Source of the DNA: Squalus acanthias
Lineage: Eukaryota
Direction of reading: 5' to 3'
Assembly: GCA_030390025.1 (NCBI GenBank)
Contig: CM059433.1
Location: 6,822,001 to 6,886,000, forward strand
DNA: 64,000 bases
Positions 36,285 through 50,010 of the stretch are shown piece by piece; the stretch's first letter is position 1; the number at the start of each line of letters is the position of its first letter. The notes beneath the pieces were generated by a model. The model was not told the origin of the DNA. It saw only the letters and a list, made by a program, of their open reading frames with translations, and ran no database searches. The position numbers and the translations under genes were made by a program.

Positions 36285-37740
36285 CTAATCACGTCTGTAC
36301 CGGCCAGTCCAAAATGAATCATACTGACCTCTCTCCCAATATCCTTGCATCATCTTCTGCTTAAAATGTTTATCTACTCTTCCGTTAAAGATTTCAATGG
36401 TCTCTGCCTCAACCACCCCCTGTGGCACAGCAGCCCAGGCTCTAATAACCTCTAGTGTAAAGAGATTTCTAACTTCTCTCCTCACTCTCTTAAATGGCTA
36501 TTTTAAATTGATGACCCCTTAACATTGACTTCCTAACCAGAGACAATAGTCTTTCCCTATTCATCCTTCATCATTTTAAAACCTCAAATTATATCTCGTC
36601 AACTTTCTCTGTTCCAATGGAAATAGTCCCAGTATCTCAAGTTTCTTATAACTAGTTCCCTATCCCTGGTGAATCTATGCTGTGCATTCTCTATGGCTTT
36701 ATATCCTTTCTATATTGGGGCACCCAAAATTGTACAGTGTTCTAACTGTGGCCTGACCATTGCCTCGGACAACTTTATCATTATCTCTTTGCCCGTTACT
36801 CTATGTCTCTATTTCTAAAACCCAAAATGCCACTGGCCTTTTTTATGGCTTCATCGTTTCTCTGTTTATCCATACCCTTCAGCATCTTTGTTGAGTTTAT
36901 ACTTCCATTCCTCGTCCCCATCCACCAAATGCATTAACTCACACTTCCCTGCGTTAAATTTAGAGTGTCAGCCTTGGCTCAGTGGTAACGTTCTTGCCTC
37001 TGAGTCAGAAGGTTGTGGATTCACAGCCCCATTCCAGAAATTTGAGCACAAAAATCTAAGCTGACATTTCAGTGCAGTGCTGAGGGAGTGCTGCACTGTC
37101 GGAGGTGACATTTTTCAGATGAAATGTTAAACCGAGGCCCCTGTCTGCCCTCCAGATCATAAAAGATCCCGTGGCACTTTTCAAAAAAGGGTAGGGGGTG
37201 TGCTCCCCAGTGTCCTGGCCAACATTTATCTTTCAACCCACATCACTAAAACAAATTATCAGGCCATTTATCTCATTAGTTTGTGGAATCTTGCTGACCA
37301 CGTTTCCCTACAACAGTGACTACACTTCAAAAGTTCTTCATTTTCTGTGACGTTCTAAGGACACGAAAGGCACCATATAAATGCCAGTTATTTCTTTAAA
37401 TTGAATCTGCCAGCTGTCAGTACATTTGTTTCTGTCCTCCTAAAGTCTTACAATCCTCCACGCTATTTGTCAAACCTCCAACTTTTAGGACATCAGCAAA
37501 TTTCAATAGTGTTTTCAAATCATCGATATATATGAAGAACCCAGTGAACCCAGCACTCTCCTGTGGCGTGCACCACTTCCAACCCTTCTTCAATCCAAGC
37601 AACACCCATTAACCCTAATCTTTGTTTCCTGTCCATCAACCAACCAACCATGTTGCTGCATTTCCTCATACCTAAATATTGTAACAATCCTCCTGTGACA
37701 CACCTTTTCAAATGCCTTCTGAAAATTCATATTCTCTACT
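36285..37740 (-). mobile_element. Old CR1 LINE fragment interrupted by a SINE
   Basis: WLMDRKQR, KFAD..KVGG and W..VPQGVVEAE remnants. Confidence 0.75.
36964..37398 (+). mobile_element. DeuSINE-like SINE, diverged
   Basis: tggctcagtgg head, conserved core and tail. Confidence 0.85.
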
Positions 37741-38234
37741 CCCTTCCTGAACTAGTTCTAAGAAACTTGAGATACTGGGACTATTTCCATTGGAACAGAG
37801 AACTCAAATAGCTCTTCAAAGGGGTTTTTTGTAATGTTTTCAGGACCTTTTCAATGCCGTGTTCTCAGTGAGGCTTTTTTTTCCTGAAATTTCTAAGAAA
37901 ATCATTTTTGGGAAAAACATTTGGTGATCATCTGTTGAGGTTGATGAGGATAACAACTGAACCACTTTGTAAGAAAAAATAATTACAATATAGTTTAGCA
38001 TCAAAATTACAAAGTGTTATTTTTTATTTCGAGAAGCTTTCTAAGTTCATAAGTACTGTAAAAATATACATGTTGTTATTTCTATTACATACTTGTTCTA
38101 TTACGGTTTAAGAAATTTGGTAGCAAAGTCCATTAACAAGGTGTTGTTGTTCTGCCACTATTCCATGCCAAGTAGATACCATAAAAGCACAGAACAGTAG
38201 CTGGAAGAATCTAAAAGTGCTGTCTTTAAGTTTT

Positions 38235-38618
38235 TCCTCTTTTTTCTCTCTCTCTCCCACATGGCAGCTGTCTTTTATTCTGCCAGTGCCATTTACACTT
38301 CATCTAGAGCCATCTTTTGTTTCTTAACTTGTCCCATTACCATCTCCTTTTGCCTTGCACCATCTCTTAATCTCTCCTGCCTTCCATCCTATCACAGACC
38401 TTCCCTTTTGTTCTTTCCTCCCCTCCCCCCTTTCCCTGCCCCTACACTTGCTTAAAAACCTGTTCCATCTCCAGCTTTTTCCAGTTCTGACGAAGGGTCA
38501 TCGACCTGAAACGTTAACTCTGTTTCTCTCTCCACAGATGCTGCCTGACCTGCTGAGTATTTCCAGTATTTTCTGTTTTTATTTCAGATTTCCAGCATCC
38601 GCAGTATTTAGCTTTTGT
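38235..38618 (+). mobile_element. PLE 3' UTR/pseudo-LTR copy with hammerhead motif at 38483-38519
   Basis: Nearly identical to 14650-14990; agttctgacgaagggtcatcgacctgaaacgttaact intact. Confidence 0.88.
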
Positions 38619-39334
38619 AAAAGTGTTATCTGTTTGTTTCCTGGACACGCTATGAATTTTATCTAGTTATTCAGGCAAATGAAAACCTAGAGGATTCCAG
38701 GAGTCAGGACTGATCTTCAAGATTAGTTCGCAACACAGTCGCCAAAACTATCTAGAGTAACCCAAAAATGTAACAACCATGCCTAGTGTAGACTTGTTAC
38801 ACACACCAGATCACAAGTGTGACTTACACATATATATAGTAATGAGACTATGTAAGAAAATAAACATTGGTAAACGAGGAAAATTTTGAGCGAAAAACAA
38901 ACGCACGCAAGAATAATTCGGAAATACCGCACGCCGAACCTGCTTTCTACACTTTTGCTGATGAAAAATAGTAACTACTGCAACTGACAGTGGGGATCGG
39001 AGAAGATAGAAAAGAGACATCAGATTTAAAAAGTAATATGCAAGAATCTGAACAAGTTCACAGATGTAACAATGTAGAGGGATAACAGCAATCATGCAAT
39101 TTAAAATTCATCAAACAGCCTCACAGAACAAGGATCATCAACAATTAGCAAAATGAAGGAAAAACAATAATCACAGGCATATTAGCAAGTAACAGGTGTC
39201 TTGAAACAACAGAATGATTTATTAAAACCAATGAGACATAGCATGCTCATATCATGTAAATACTTCACAATAACAAGATTTGGATTATTTGCCATGGATA
39301 AATGGTCCATTTATCCTAAACCCAATACCCTAAA

Positions 39335-39435
39335 CCCAGGAAGGTCCTGTCTGACTAACTTGATTGAATTTTTTGAGGAGGTAACAAGTAGGGTCGATGA
39401 GGGTAGCACGTTTGATGTAGTCTACGTGGATTTAG
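39335..39435 (+). mobile_element. Small CR1 RT fragment
   Basis: GRSCLTNLIEFFEEVTSRVDEG..FDVVY.D. Confidence 0.8.
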
Positions 39436-40581
39436 TTTAGCAATTTAGATGCGCATGGTACATTGATGTTATCACAGGTTTGAGCGAAAGTTGATTGACA
39501 ATGGACTCGACAAGTCTCTACAGGTTCAGTTTTGTCAGTTCTCAGTAATAAGAAACTCCCCTTTCATAAGCAAATGATCTTGCCTTGAGGTTAAAAAACA
39601 TGGGAAAAAAATTAGTCACTCTGGACTGTCTCTCTAATTTGAAATAAACCTTAGAACATATCTGTTGGAAGTTGTAGCTGGGCTTTTCTGCTACTGCACT
39701 CAGCAACCTGTGACTTTCTGTCTGTTAAAATGAATGGGTGGAAAACTGGGCTGGCGAGCACAGAAGTGGAAAACCCTAGACTATGAGGGAATCTTAACTC
39801 CCAGGTGGGAAAGCGGCCCGGCAAGAAGTCGGCCCGCCCGGGCGCGTTAGCACGAAGCAGACCGATTTTAATGGCTAGGCCTCGTTAACGTGCGGCTGGC
39901 CGGTCTTCCCAACCAAAACAGCCAGGAAGTTCGGCATAAAGCAGCGGCCCAGCCATTAAAAACGTAAATGCAAACTTACCTGAAAGATGTGTGTGTCCCT
40001 TTAAGAGGTGCTGACAGCGCCTCCGTCAGTCTCTTTGCACACTGGGCTTCCCTGGCGTGGTTATGACCCAGCGCTGAACTTAGGGCTAAGGTCAAAGTTG
40101 GCCGTGGTGACGTTAAGTCGGCATGACGCCACCAATCTGCCTTTTTTTTTGCAGGGCGCTCTTACTGACAGCGCTACGGGAACATCAAAAATGAAGGACG
40201 CCGCAGGACTCGCCCCCATTTGGCGAAAGAGCTGGGGCCGCCACTCTTCTGCCATTTTTTGTCAGTAGTGGGTGGCGTAAAGACCTCGAATTTTTTGCCC
40301 AGGCTTTTAAAAGTGGGGAGAATTTACTGAGGGGGTTTTTAGTGAGGGACAGCTGAAGGTTCTGCCACTGGTGCTAGAGTGGAAGGAGGGGGGATGCAAA
40401 GGGTGCCAGTTAGAGGAACAAAGAAAAGGACTGGAGAGGTTGCAGAAATATGGTGTGGGCGAGACAAAGGAATGATCTGTAGACAAGAATTTTGAATTCA
40501 ATAGAGCAGACTTTTCCATCAGTAATGCCCAATCTTCAGGCATAAAGTGGGCATTATGATTAGAAAATTGGGTAAAAAAAA

Positions 40582-40991
40582 AATGACTTGCCTTTCTATA
40601 GCGCCTTTCACGACCAAGTGCTTTACAGCCAATGAAGTACTATTTGGAGTGTAGTCACTGTCGTGATGTAGGAAACGCAGCAGCCAATTTGCGCACAGCA
40701 AGCTCCCACAAACAGCAATGTGATAATGACCGGATAATCTGTTTTTGTTATGTGGATTGAGGGATAAATATTGGTCAGGACACCGGGGATAACGCCCCAG
40801 CTCTTCTTCGAAATAGTGCCCATGGGATCTTTTACGTCCACCTGAGAGAGCAGACGGGGCTTCGGTTTAATGTCTCATCCGAAAGACGGCACCTCCGATG
40901 GTGCAGCGCTCCCTCAGCACCGCACTGGAGTGTCAGCCTAGCTTTATGTGCTCAGAGGTGAGAGTGCTACCCACTGAGCCACAGCTGACAC
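40582..40991 (-). mobile_element. DeuSINE-like SINE with internal deletion removing the B-box
   Basis: gtgctca joined directly to gaggtgagagtgc, compared with 22319-22792. Confidence 0.85.
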
Positions 40992-41199
40992 TATAGATCT
41001 TTTTTGAGCCGCCCAATTTTGTATGTGCAATTTAAATGGCCTTAGAAAGCACCTGGCACTTTGTGACCAGACACATACAAATAAGGCCAAAATTATATCA
41101 TGACATTGTCTACACAATTTTCTGGCAATTCTTTTGGTACAGAATTTGGTATGTATTGCCCACCCATATGAAAATCAATGACTGCCGCATCAATCTTCC

Positions 41200-41372
41200 A
41201 GGCTGAACCTTACGTCCTCCATTTTCTTCTCCTCGACCTGACTCTGTCTATATATGCTGTGCCCATTTGTATTTCTTCACTTCACCTGACGAAGGAGCAG
41301 CCGCTCCGAAAGCTTGTGATTTCAAATAAAACTGTTGGACTATAACCTGGTGTTGTGCGACTTCTCACTTTC
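41200..41372 (+). mobile_element. 3' end of a second putative PLE family with hammerhead motif at 41282-41319
   Basis: UCAC-CUGACGA-A-GGAGC(AGCC)GCUCC-GAAA-GC-UU-GUGA; same downstream sequence as 44368-44440; no coding region seen here. Confidence 0.7.
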
Positions 41373-44237
41373 ATTGGGCTAGTGAGACACCTTGCCCCAG
41401 TGGCACAGACAGCTGGATCTTGGTTTCAGCAGACTGAACTGCAAAGAATCAAAACCTTGGACAGCTCTTGCCCCGCCAATGAAGATTTCACAGCATAAAG
41501 CTTTTAAGCTACCGGAATCAGGAGACATCGGCCAGATTAGCCAGTTGGCCCATGTATTAAATAAATACAGATCCAGTGTTTACAAGGGGCAACACCTTCA
41601 TCACATTACATGCCTCAAGTGGGCACGTATCTTCCATCAGCTAGCAGGGTTTCAAGACTCCAGGGCATCATCAATAGACCTAACATGGGCATTAACCTTA
41701 TAGTGTTGCTGAACCAAATGAACTTTCATTTAGTTGATGTTTAGATGATGATTGTTGCCACGTTACAATATTTTTAAGCAAAGAGAGGCAATTACAGAGA
41801 TCCAAATATTGCAGAGAGTAAACTGTGTAAGCAATTTTGAGGAATGAAATGTGGAAAGCTCAGTTTTCTCTTGTTTTTTTTTAATAAAAGATATCCTTCT
41901 GTGGACTCTTGTTTTGGGAATCTGACCGACTGAAAACAGTGAAGTGACGGGGAGAGAAAAACATATATTATAAATAAAATTTTACACACTGCAGGTGTTG
42001 GCCTGGGTGGTGTTTGTGTATAGTTCTCTCGGGGAAGACCAAAAGAGAGTACGATTTTAAATTTCCTGTCCTTCTTGTGCATTTGCATTACCGTCTTATA
42101 CTGGGAAGGGGCTTCATATATTGCTATGGATACCTACAGCTACCTAAAGTGATAATCACACTGACTAGAAGCATAAGTATATACTTAAAGTTTCTAAAAT
42201 AAGTTAAGAGGATTTTAAAGTATTCTTACTTATAAGGAACATTAACCAATTTGTTAAATATTCTCCAGGTCATAGAGGAGTGGTGCAGGTCTGCTTGGGT
42301 ATCTTTCCACAAGAATTTTACCTCTGCCTGTCTGTTGTCTTGCTTCCACAACATTTATTGTATATTTATTGCAAACATTACTCCTCCTACGAGAGGCTGT
42401 ATAATTACAGCTGTCATTTTGTACATTATCCTACTCCCTTAATTAATCCTGTAATCTCTGGGTGCTGCAATTTTATGTAATTATTTGTTAAGGACTTTAT
42501 CCCCTAATTCTACCTGTCTACTACATTAACATTAGGGCTTTAATTACACACATTTAAGGGGGGGGGGGGGGGGGGGGGCGAAGAATCCATCCCTCTACAC
42601 TGATGAGAAGTAGCAGGGCTGAAAAGGTTGGCAGCAGTACGAGTTAGGCAGAGTGACAGGTCAGATGTTGACGGTGGCTCATTCTTAACCTGAGCATTAA
42701 CACAGTGAGCTGCAGCCATAGCCACAGATCACCTGCAAAGGGTAGGAGGGATTAATAAAATCCTTGCTGCCTGTAGGCCTGCCAGAATTGATGCACAAAG
42801 AATAAATTATAATACAAATAATCCTGCTTATTTTAACACTCAACAATAACCAGGAACTACATTGTTGTCTGCCCTGAAGGAATGCAAGTAAAAGATTCCA
42901 TTTGATTAAAAAGCATTCCCCAACTGCAAATCAGATGAAGTATCTGTGCAGCCACTTCAGTTTCCAATAAAGCACTTGGAGCCCATTTTAGAAATGTTTC
43001 AACACAACTTTAAAAAAACATATGTACAAGCATACAAAGATATACAACAGGAAGAAAAATGTACTATTTTCTGGAAACTGCCAGAGTGCAAAATTGGCGA
43101 TGACATTAAATAAGTAGAACAGTGAATAAAGGAAGCAGCTGAGGATTTGGATCATTTGAGCAAATAGGCACAGATAGCAGGAGAAATTAAATATTTATAA
43201 ATGCAAACTTTGCAAATTGGAGGAAATAATGTACAACGTAAGTGCAACACACATTGGTTAAAAAAAAACCCAGGAGACTCAGACAGACCTGCGAACAATA
43301 AAACTCACTCTCAATGTCTAGACCAGTGGTTCCCAAACATGGTTAACAGAGAGCATGAGGACACATGTTTAGTCCCTCAAATGCTGAGATTAGTACCAAA
43401 GCATCATTGACCAATGTGCTCATGCCATGTCAGTAACCACCCCCCCCTCCCCCCTCAGCTCTCGCGCTATATAACTGATGTCAGCTTGGTGTTTGGTGTT
43501 CAATAATTGTGAATGAATGGAGCATTTTTTGATGTGTATAGTTGATCCTGGGGAAGGAACAAGTAGAGCCGGCAAAATATGATCCTTCCTACTTGTTCTT
43601 GGGATTCACATTTACTGGTTCTCAATCGCAATGTGTTGTTTCTTGTGGTGGGTTGGGTGGGGGGTGCGCACGTGGGACATGAGGTGTAGCAAAAATGTTT
43701 GGGAACCTCTGGTTTAGACAATGCAGTAACGCAATTTAAAAGTTAACATTGATATAATCAGAACTGTTGAATACCATTTTACTGAGGTTATGGTGAGGCT
43801 GTACAATGCACTGGTCAGATAAAAAATATCAATCTCTAGAGACTAGAGAGATGATTAAGGGGATGGCTTCATTGAGCAATATAAAATATTAAATGGCTTA
43901 ATGTAAATCCTGAATACTTCAAAATAAAGCAGTATGGTAGGATCAGAAGTTGTTAACTATAAACTAGTAAAAAGTAAATTTAGATCAGATGTATTTGAAG
44001 GAACTTCACACAAAATGTGATTAAATGTCAAGAATAAAAGTCCAGTCAGGATAGTAGACACAGATATTGCAGATGTTGAATTCACAGTTGGATGCTAGAG
44101 TGGGCTGGGAAATATAAATGGCCTTTACTCATCCTTAACTTTTCTAATACAGATGATAGAAATCCACTCACTACCACAAACTAATTCTATGACCGACCAT
44201 TGAAAGACCAACACCACCCAAGGCTATTAGAAATAAG

Positions 44238-44437
44238 CCATGATGCGGAGATGCTGGTGTTGGACTGGGGTGGACAAATGTGAGAAGTCGCACAACACCA
44301 GGTTATAGTCCAACAGTTTTATTTGAAATCACAAGCTTTCGGAGCGCTGAGTGGGCTGACGAAGGAGCAGCGCTCCGAAAGCTTGTGATTTCAAATAAAA
44401 CTGTTGGACTATAACCTGGTGTTGTGCGACTTCTCAC
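44238..44437. mobile_element. Palindromic PLE-end insertion (73-bp perfect inverted repeat), TSD attagaaataag
   Basis: Arms 44277-44349 and 44368-44440; 12-bp duplication at 44226-44237 and 44438-44449. Confidence 0.85.
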
Positions 44438-45487
44438 ATTAGAAATAAGGGCATGGAAAAGCACACGCAATAGAGTTCAATTTTGGGCAGTTAACATTAA
44501 TATACTGGCCTTAGAGGGAACTTTGTGCTGACAATAATGATGCATGGAACGAAGGTACTTAATTATGATGAAAGACTTGGTTATGAAATGAGATGCCCTG
44601 ATTCAGGTGTTTAACATAATGAAGAAAACGGACTGGATAGCTGAAACATGAATTTTCTCTCTATCAGGGAATCTGGAACGAAAGGACATAATTAGAAATA
44701 AGCCAGTTCAAAGTAAATCCAGGAAAAATGTCTACACACAAATGGTTATGAGAATGCACTGCCCCAGAAGACCACAGATACATAAATCAAGTGTTCAGAA
44801 GGGAGACTAAGGGAGTGAGGCTATTAAGGGATAGGAGAAGTGATTATGCAATTTGGTGCTCCCAGACGGGAAGCAGTGCTTGTATAGAGTGCCATATCAC
44901 TGAATCATCCTTATAGAGAAAGTATAACAAATTGAGATTAAAAAGATATGGTGAGATTTACTGCATATTCATAGTCAATAGGTAGAAAATCCAACCCTAC
45001 AGAGAGCTACCATGGCCTACAAAGTGGCAGGGCAGACTCAGTGGGTCAAATGGTCAACTCCCATCTGTTTTTCTATACTCAATACATCTTTGAAAAATTT
45101 GCATCGACTGGCAAGGGGAAGCCCAGGATACAGGAAGTTCCAGCAGACTTCAGACTCGATCATAGCCTACCACTTTAGCAATAGCAGGTAAGTCTATAGG
45201 GTATGTCTTTAAAAGCAAAACAATGCGCCATTGATTTGGTCAATCAAAAGAAGCTCTCCCCCTCATCATCAACATCATCATCATCTTTTAATAGTCTTCG
45301 TTTGACTAGACTTTGAAACTTTCAACAATGTTGGTCAAAGGAGGCTGGAAGAGGTGGTGGGTTGCAGGAATTAGCATTGAAGACTCTCATCAAGACAGCA
45401 ATTGAAACCAACATTAATGACAGTTAATGCTGAAGCCAACAATGAAGTAAATCCTTTCTGGATGAAGTGTTATAACAAAATCATAGC

Positions 45488-45493
45488 TTTATT
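45488..45493 (-). terminator. Candidate polyadenylation signal (AATAAA) of TAF1B
   Basis: tttatt on + strand ~570 nt downstream of the TAF1B stop codon. Confidence 0.45.
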
Positions 45494-46060
45494 AAAATTA
45501 TAATTGCCATTAGAACATCTAGGAGAAATATTTAAGTATTAGATTCTTCAAAAATAAGTTATGAAAGCATTGACAATTATAATATTGTGTCAAAATAACA
45601 ATGTGACATCTTAGCACAAAAACACTGAACTACATTAGAATTTGTACACTTCAACAGACTGGTTTAATGGAGGCATATTATGGCTATTGGATTGTGCAAT
45701 GAGGTACTCCTCTTTGCAAAATGGATTTGAAAACACAAATTCCTTTCCACAAACGCCCAATAAACAACCAACAGAAATAACATGAGGTTGAACACAGCAA
45801 ACATAAAACACCTCTTACGGAAATCGATTTTTCACCTTTGAGGCGTGTACAGTTATTCTCATTTGCCTATTTTTTTCCTCCCAGAACTATCTGAATTATC
45901 TGAAAGACGGGAACAATAGATTTATAAATCAGCCTTCAAAAAATGATTTTGGTGCAATCTTAGCAACCTACAGTAAAACAGCTGAACATTCAAAAATTGT
46001 CAATTTCAGATTCAAGAGTTGTTTGTGCCATATAGTCTTCTCTCATCATAGAACCCACAG

Positions 46061-46253
46061 TTATTTAGTTTTCTTGCATTTTCTTTTAGGTTTTAATGCT
46101 TCTGATACATCAAACAGTCTATGTTCCAACTGACAAACTTCCTTGTGTAGTATGGAGAACTCCATCCCAAGGAGGAAGGAGAACAGTTTTAGCACAAACA
46201 GGTAACTTCCAGGAAAATGTTTTTTTTCAGACTTTGTCAAGTGTCTGCAGTAC
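46061..46253 (-). CDS. TAF1B: TAF1B last coding exon, YCRHLTKSEKKHFPGSYLFVLKLFSFLLGMEFSILHKEVCQLEHRLF...KKTK*
   Basis: polypyrimidine tract + ccag|G acceptor; phase 2 completes Lys; LFSFLL...LHxEV motif and basic C-terminus; TAA at 46061-46063. Confidence 0.92.
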
Positions 46254-46524
46254 CTGGTAAGGGAAAAAAGAATAATCAGAATATTTTCAAAGTTCTCTAA
46301 CATTCTGCAAAGTATTTTTTTTAAAAACCCAGCTTTTTAAACACGGAATTAAAATTTATAAAAAGGTAAAGGGCATGCCTTAACTTCAACATCAGAATAA
46401 CCTTCCTTCCCCTACATCATTTTAAACAGCTCAATCAGATCATCCTCAACCTTCTAAACTTAAGGGAATACAAGCCAAGTTACCTCGTCTATGTCCCTTT
46501 GTAACTTCCTGCTCCCATGCGCAT

Positions 46525-47925
46525 GTCACTCTGTTATTTAAGAAAGGGGAGGGGGAAACCTGGGAATTGTAGACCAGTTAGCCTAACATTTGTCGGGAAA
46601 TTACTAGAGCCTGTCAGTTGGAACATAGACTGTTTGAACACCTTGAAAATTTTCAGCTGATCAGAGAGCCAGCATGGATTTGTAAAGTGTAGGTCATGCC
46701 TGACAAACCTGATTGAATTTTTTGAAGAGGTGACTAAAGTAGTGGACAGGGGAATGTCTATGGATGTTATTTATATGGACTTCCAGAAGGCATTTGATAA
46801 AGTACCTCATAAGAGACTGTTAGCTAAAGTTGAAGCTCATGGAATTGAAGGCAAATTATTGACCTGGTTAGGAAATTGACTGAGCGATAGGAGACAGAGA
46901 GTAGGGATAATAGGTAGGTGCTCTAATTGGCAGGATGTGACTAGTGGTGTCCCACAAGGATCTGTGTTGGGGCCTCAACTATTCACTGTATTTATCAACT
47001 TAGATGATGGGAAAGAAAGCCACATATCCAAGTTTGCAGATGACAAAGATAGGCGGCATTGTAAGCAGTGTAGATGAAAGCATAAAATTACAAAAAGAGA
47101 TATTAATACATTAAGCAAATGAGCAAAACAGTGGCAAATGGATTTCAATGTAGGCAAATGTGAGGTCATTCACTTTGGACCTAAAAAGGATAGAACAGAG
47201 TACTTTCTAAATGGTGAAAAGCTAGAAACAGTGGAGGTCCAAGAGATTTGGGGGTCCATGTACATAGATCATTAAAATGTCACGAACAGGTACAGAAAAA
47301 TAATCAGAAAGGCTAATGGTTGCTGGCCTTTATATCTGGAGGACTAGAATACAAGGGGGTAAAAGTTATGCTACAGCTATACAAAACCCTGGTTGAACTA
47401 CACCTGGAGTACTATGAACAGTACTCCACACCTTAGGTTGGATATATTGGCCTTGGAGGGAGTGCAACGTAGATTTACAGAATGATACCCGGCCTTAAAT
47501 TACAAGAGATTACACAAACTAGGGTTGTATTCTCTGGAATTTGGAAGGTTAAGGGGTGATTTGATCGAAGTTTTCAGGATATTAAGGGGAACAAATAGGG
47601 TAGATAGAGAGAAACTATTTCTGCTGGTTGGGGAGTCTAGGACTAGGGGGTATAGACTAAAATTAGAGCCAGGCCTTTCAGGAGTGAAGTTAGGAAACAC
47701 TTCTACACACAACGAGTGGTAGAAGTTTGGAACTCTCTTCCGCAAAAGGCAATTGATGCTACATCAATTGTAAATTTTGAATCTGAGATTGATAGATTTT
47801 GTTAGTCAAAGGTATTAAGGGATATGGGGCAAAGGCAGGTTAATGCAGTTAGGTCACAGATCAGCCATCATCTCATTGAATGGTGGAACAGGCTCGCGGG
47901 GCTAAATGGCCTACTCCTGTTCCTA
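46525..47925 (+). mobile_element. 5'-truncated degraded CR1 LINE in TAF1B last intron
   Basis: Nx[36 protein letters not shown] remnants. Confidence 0.92.
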
Positions 47926-48214
47926 TGGTCCATCCACACAACTTGCTCTGTAAACTTGGATATACAATTCTCTATTCCTTCATCCAAACTTCCTCATTGT
48001 ATAGAAATTACAAAGCATGGATAAACATTCACCCTTTCTAGCTTTCCGTAACCAGCTCTATGTTAAACAAGGCGATTTGTCCAACCCTGGTCTCCCTGAC
48101 TGATCTCACAAAACTGACGCAGATCATTTATTTTTGTCCTTTTGTCCAGAGGTGAACAAGAAGCCAGTTCAGCCTCTGACGCAATCCCTTTCCAGGAGTT
48201 GGCCAGCAGAGCTA

Positions 48215-48315
48215 TCAATAAATAAAAACAGAAAATACTGGAAATACTCAGGTCAGGCAGCATCTGTGGAGCGAGAAACAGAGTTCACGTTTTAGGTTGA
48301 TGACCTTTTGCCGAG
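48215..48315 (-). mobile_element. PLE 3'-end fragment
   Basis: Reverse complement of 14900-14990, diverged. Confidence 0.7.
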
Positions 48316-49615
48316 CTAAAACCAGAATGCCACATAAATAATTGTTTTAAAATAGAATGCATTTCAAGGGAATACGAAAATTACAAAAGTAAACGTGAAA
48401 GTGAAAAAAATGAGGGGAAAAAAAAGATTTTAAAAACTCAGGTGGGGCTTGAAAAGAGCAGCACTATGTAAACTGAGTGCTAAAAATCAGCAAGACCTGA
48501 GGCTACTACTGATATTTGGACTAAAGGAGCAATGTACTTCAACTAAAGCCACTAAAATACTTATTTTGCAGCCAGATCCGGTTTGAATGAACCATGTTAA
48601 AAAGTATGCTTCCTTTAACATGTATATAAAAATATATATTTTATTGACCTGATCTCTTTAGCATTGCCAGGAGTACAATTTTGGAATTAGGTCTAGAAAC
48701 TGCTAGGTCCCTCCAGGAGACTGTATTGCAATTAAATAAGGCATCATACCAAGTTATAAATAAATATATAATCGCTTATAAGCAGTTGTCTTATAAAAAT
48801 CTGCAACTATTGAATTTACATTATGGAACCACTCTTGGTTGAAAGGATTATGTTTTTGCTGGAGTTTCTGATGCTGTGGAATTTGCCTCATTTACATTGC
48901 AGGACAGGCTCCACAGCCCAGCAGCAACACAAAAACAACCGAAATTTACGACTTTCATTTTTAACTACATTTTCCCCAGTGCCATTACCAGACGTGGTAG
49001 AAGACCCATTCAGCCCAACAAATGGTAAACTATATTTGCTGGCAATTAATGGCAGGCTGATGCCCAGCCCACCTGTAACGAAAGAATAAAATGATGGGCA
49101 ACAGACACACATTGATAGTTTGGCACCTTTTCTTAAAAAAAAAAAAAAAAAATCTTTGATTAAAAGTTTCCTACAAGGAGATTTTTCATTTGGGAAAAAC
49201 ATTCAACATTGTGATAAGCCAGAGTACCCTTAAAAGACTTTTTCCAGTTATGCAGGGTCAAATGGACAGGGTTCGAGATAGTCTACCACTTGCCTAAATT
49301 CATTTCAAGTGGCTCTGTACCACAGATTTTGCATTGATGCAAAACCAAAGATGTCACAGCAGAATAAAATCCAATTTACCGGAAACACCCCGTTTATACC
49401 AGCAGCAAATACAGATACGGGAATAGGTTCCTCATTACTGCGGTCTTGGTTGAACATGGGTATGTAGATACTTTCATTTTATTAGGTCTTCAGAAGCCTC
49501 GACAGCAGTAGACTTCTCTTAGTTTTTCCAAAGATAAAATGTATTATACTATCCTCAGCAGCATTTGGTTACCAAACAAGATACTGGACTCAAAGTCCTT
49601 ATAAATTAGCACCCA

Positions 49616-50010
49616 AGTCAGAAGGTTGTGGGTTCAAGTCCTACTCCAGAGACTTGAGCACATAACCCAGTTTAACACTTCAGTGCAGTGCTGAGGGAGT
49701 GCTGCACTGCTGAAATTGATGTCTTTCGGATGAGACGTTAAAGCGAGGCCCCGTCTGCTCTCAGGTGGATGTAAAAGATCCCCATGGGCACTGTTCCGAA
49801 GTTCTCCCCGGTGTCCTTGCCAATATTTATCCCTCAACCAACATCACTAAAACCGGTCAGTATCTCATTGCTGTTTCTGGGAGCTTGCTGTGCGCAAATT
49901 GGTCACCGCATTTCCTGCATTACAACAGTGACTACACCTCAAAAGTATTTAATTGGCTGTTAAGTGCTTTGGGATGTCCGGAGGCTGTGGAAGGTGCTAT
50001 ATAAATGTCT
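49616..50010 (+). mobile_element. DeuSINE-like SINE
   Basis: B-box ggttcaagtcc, core and tail. Confidence 0.85.
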
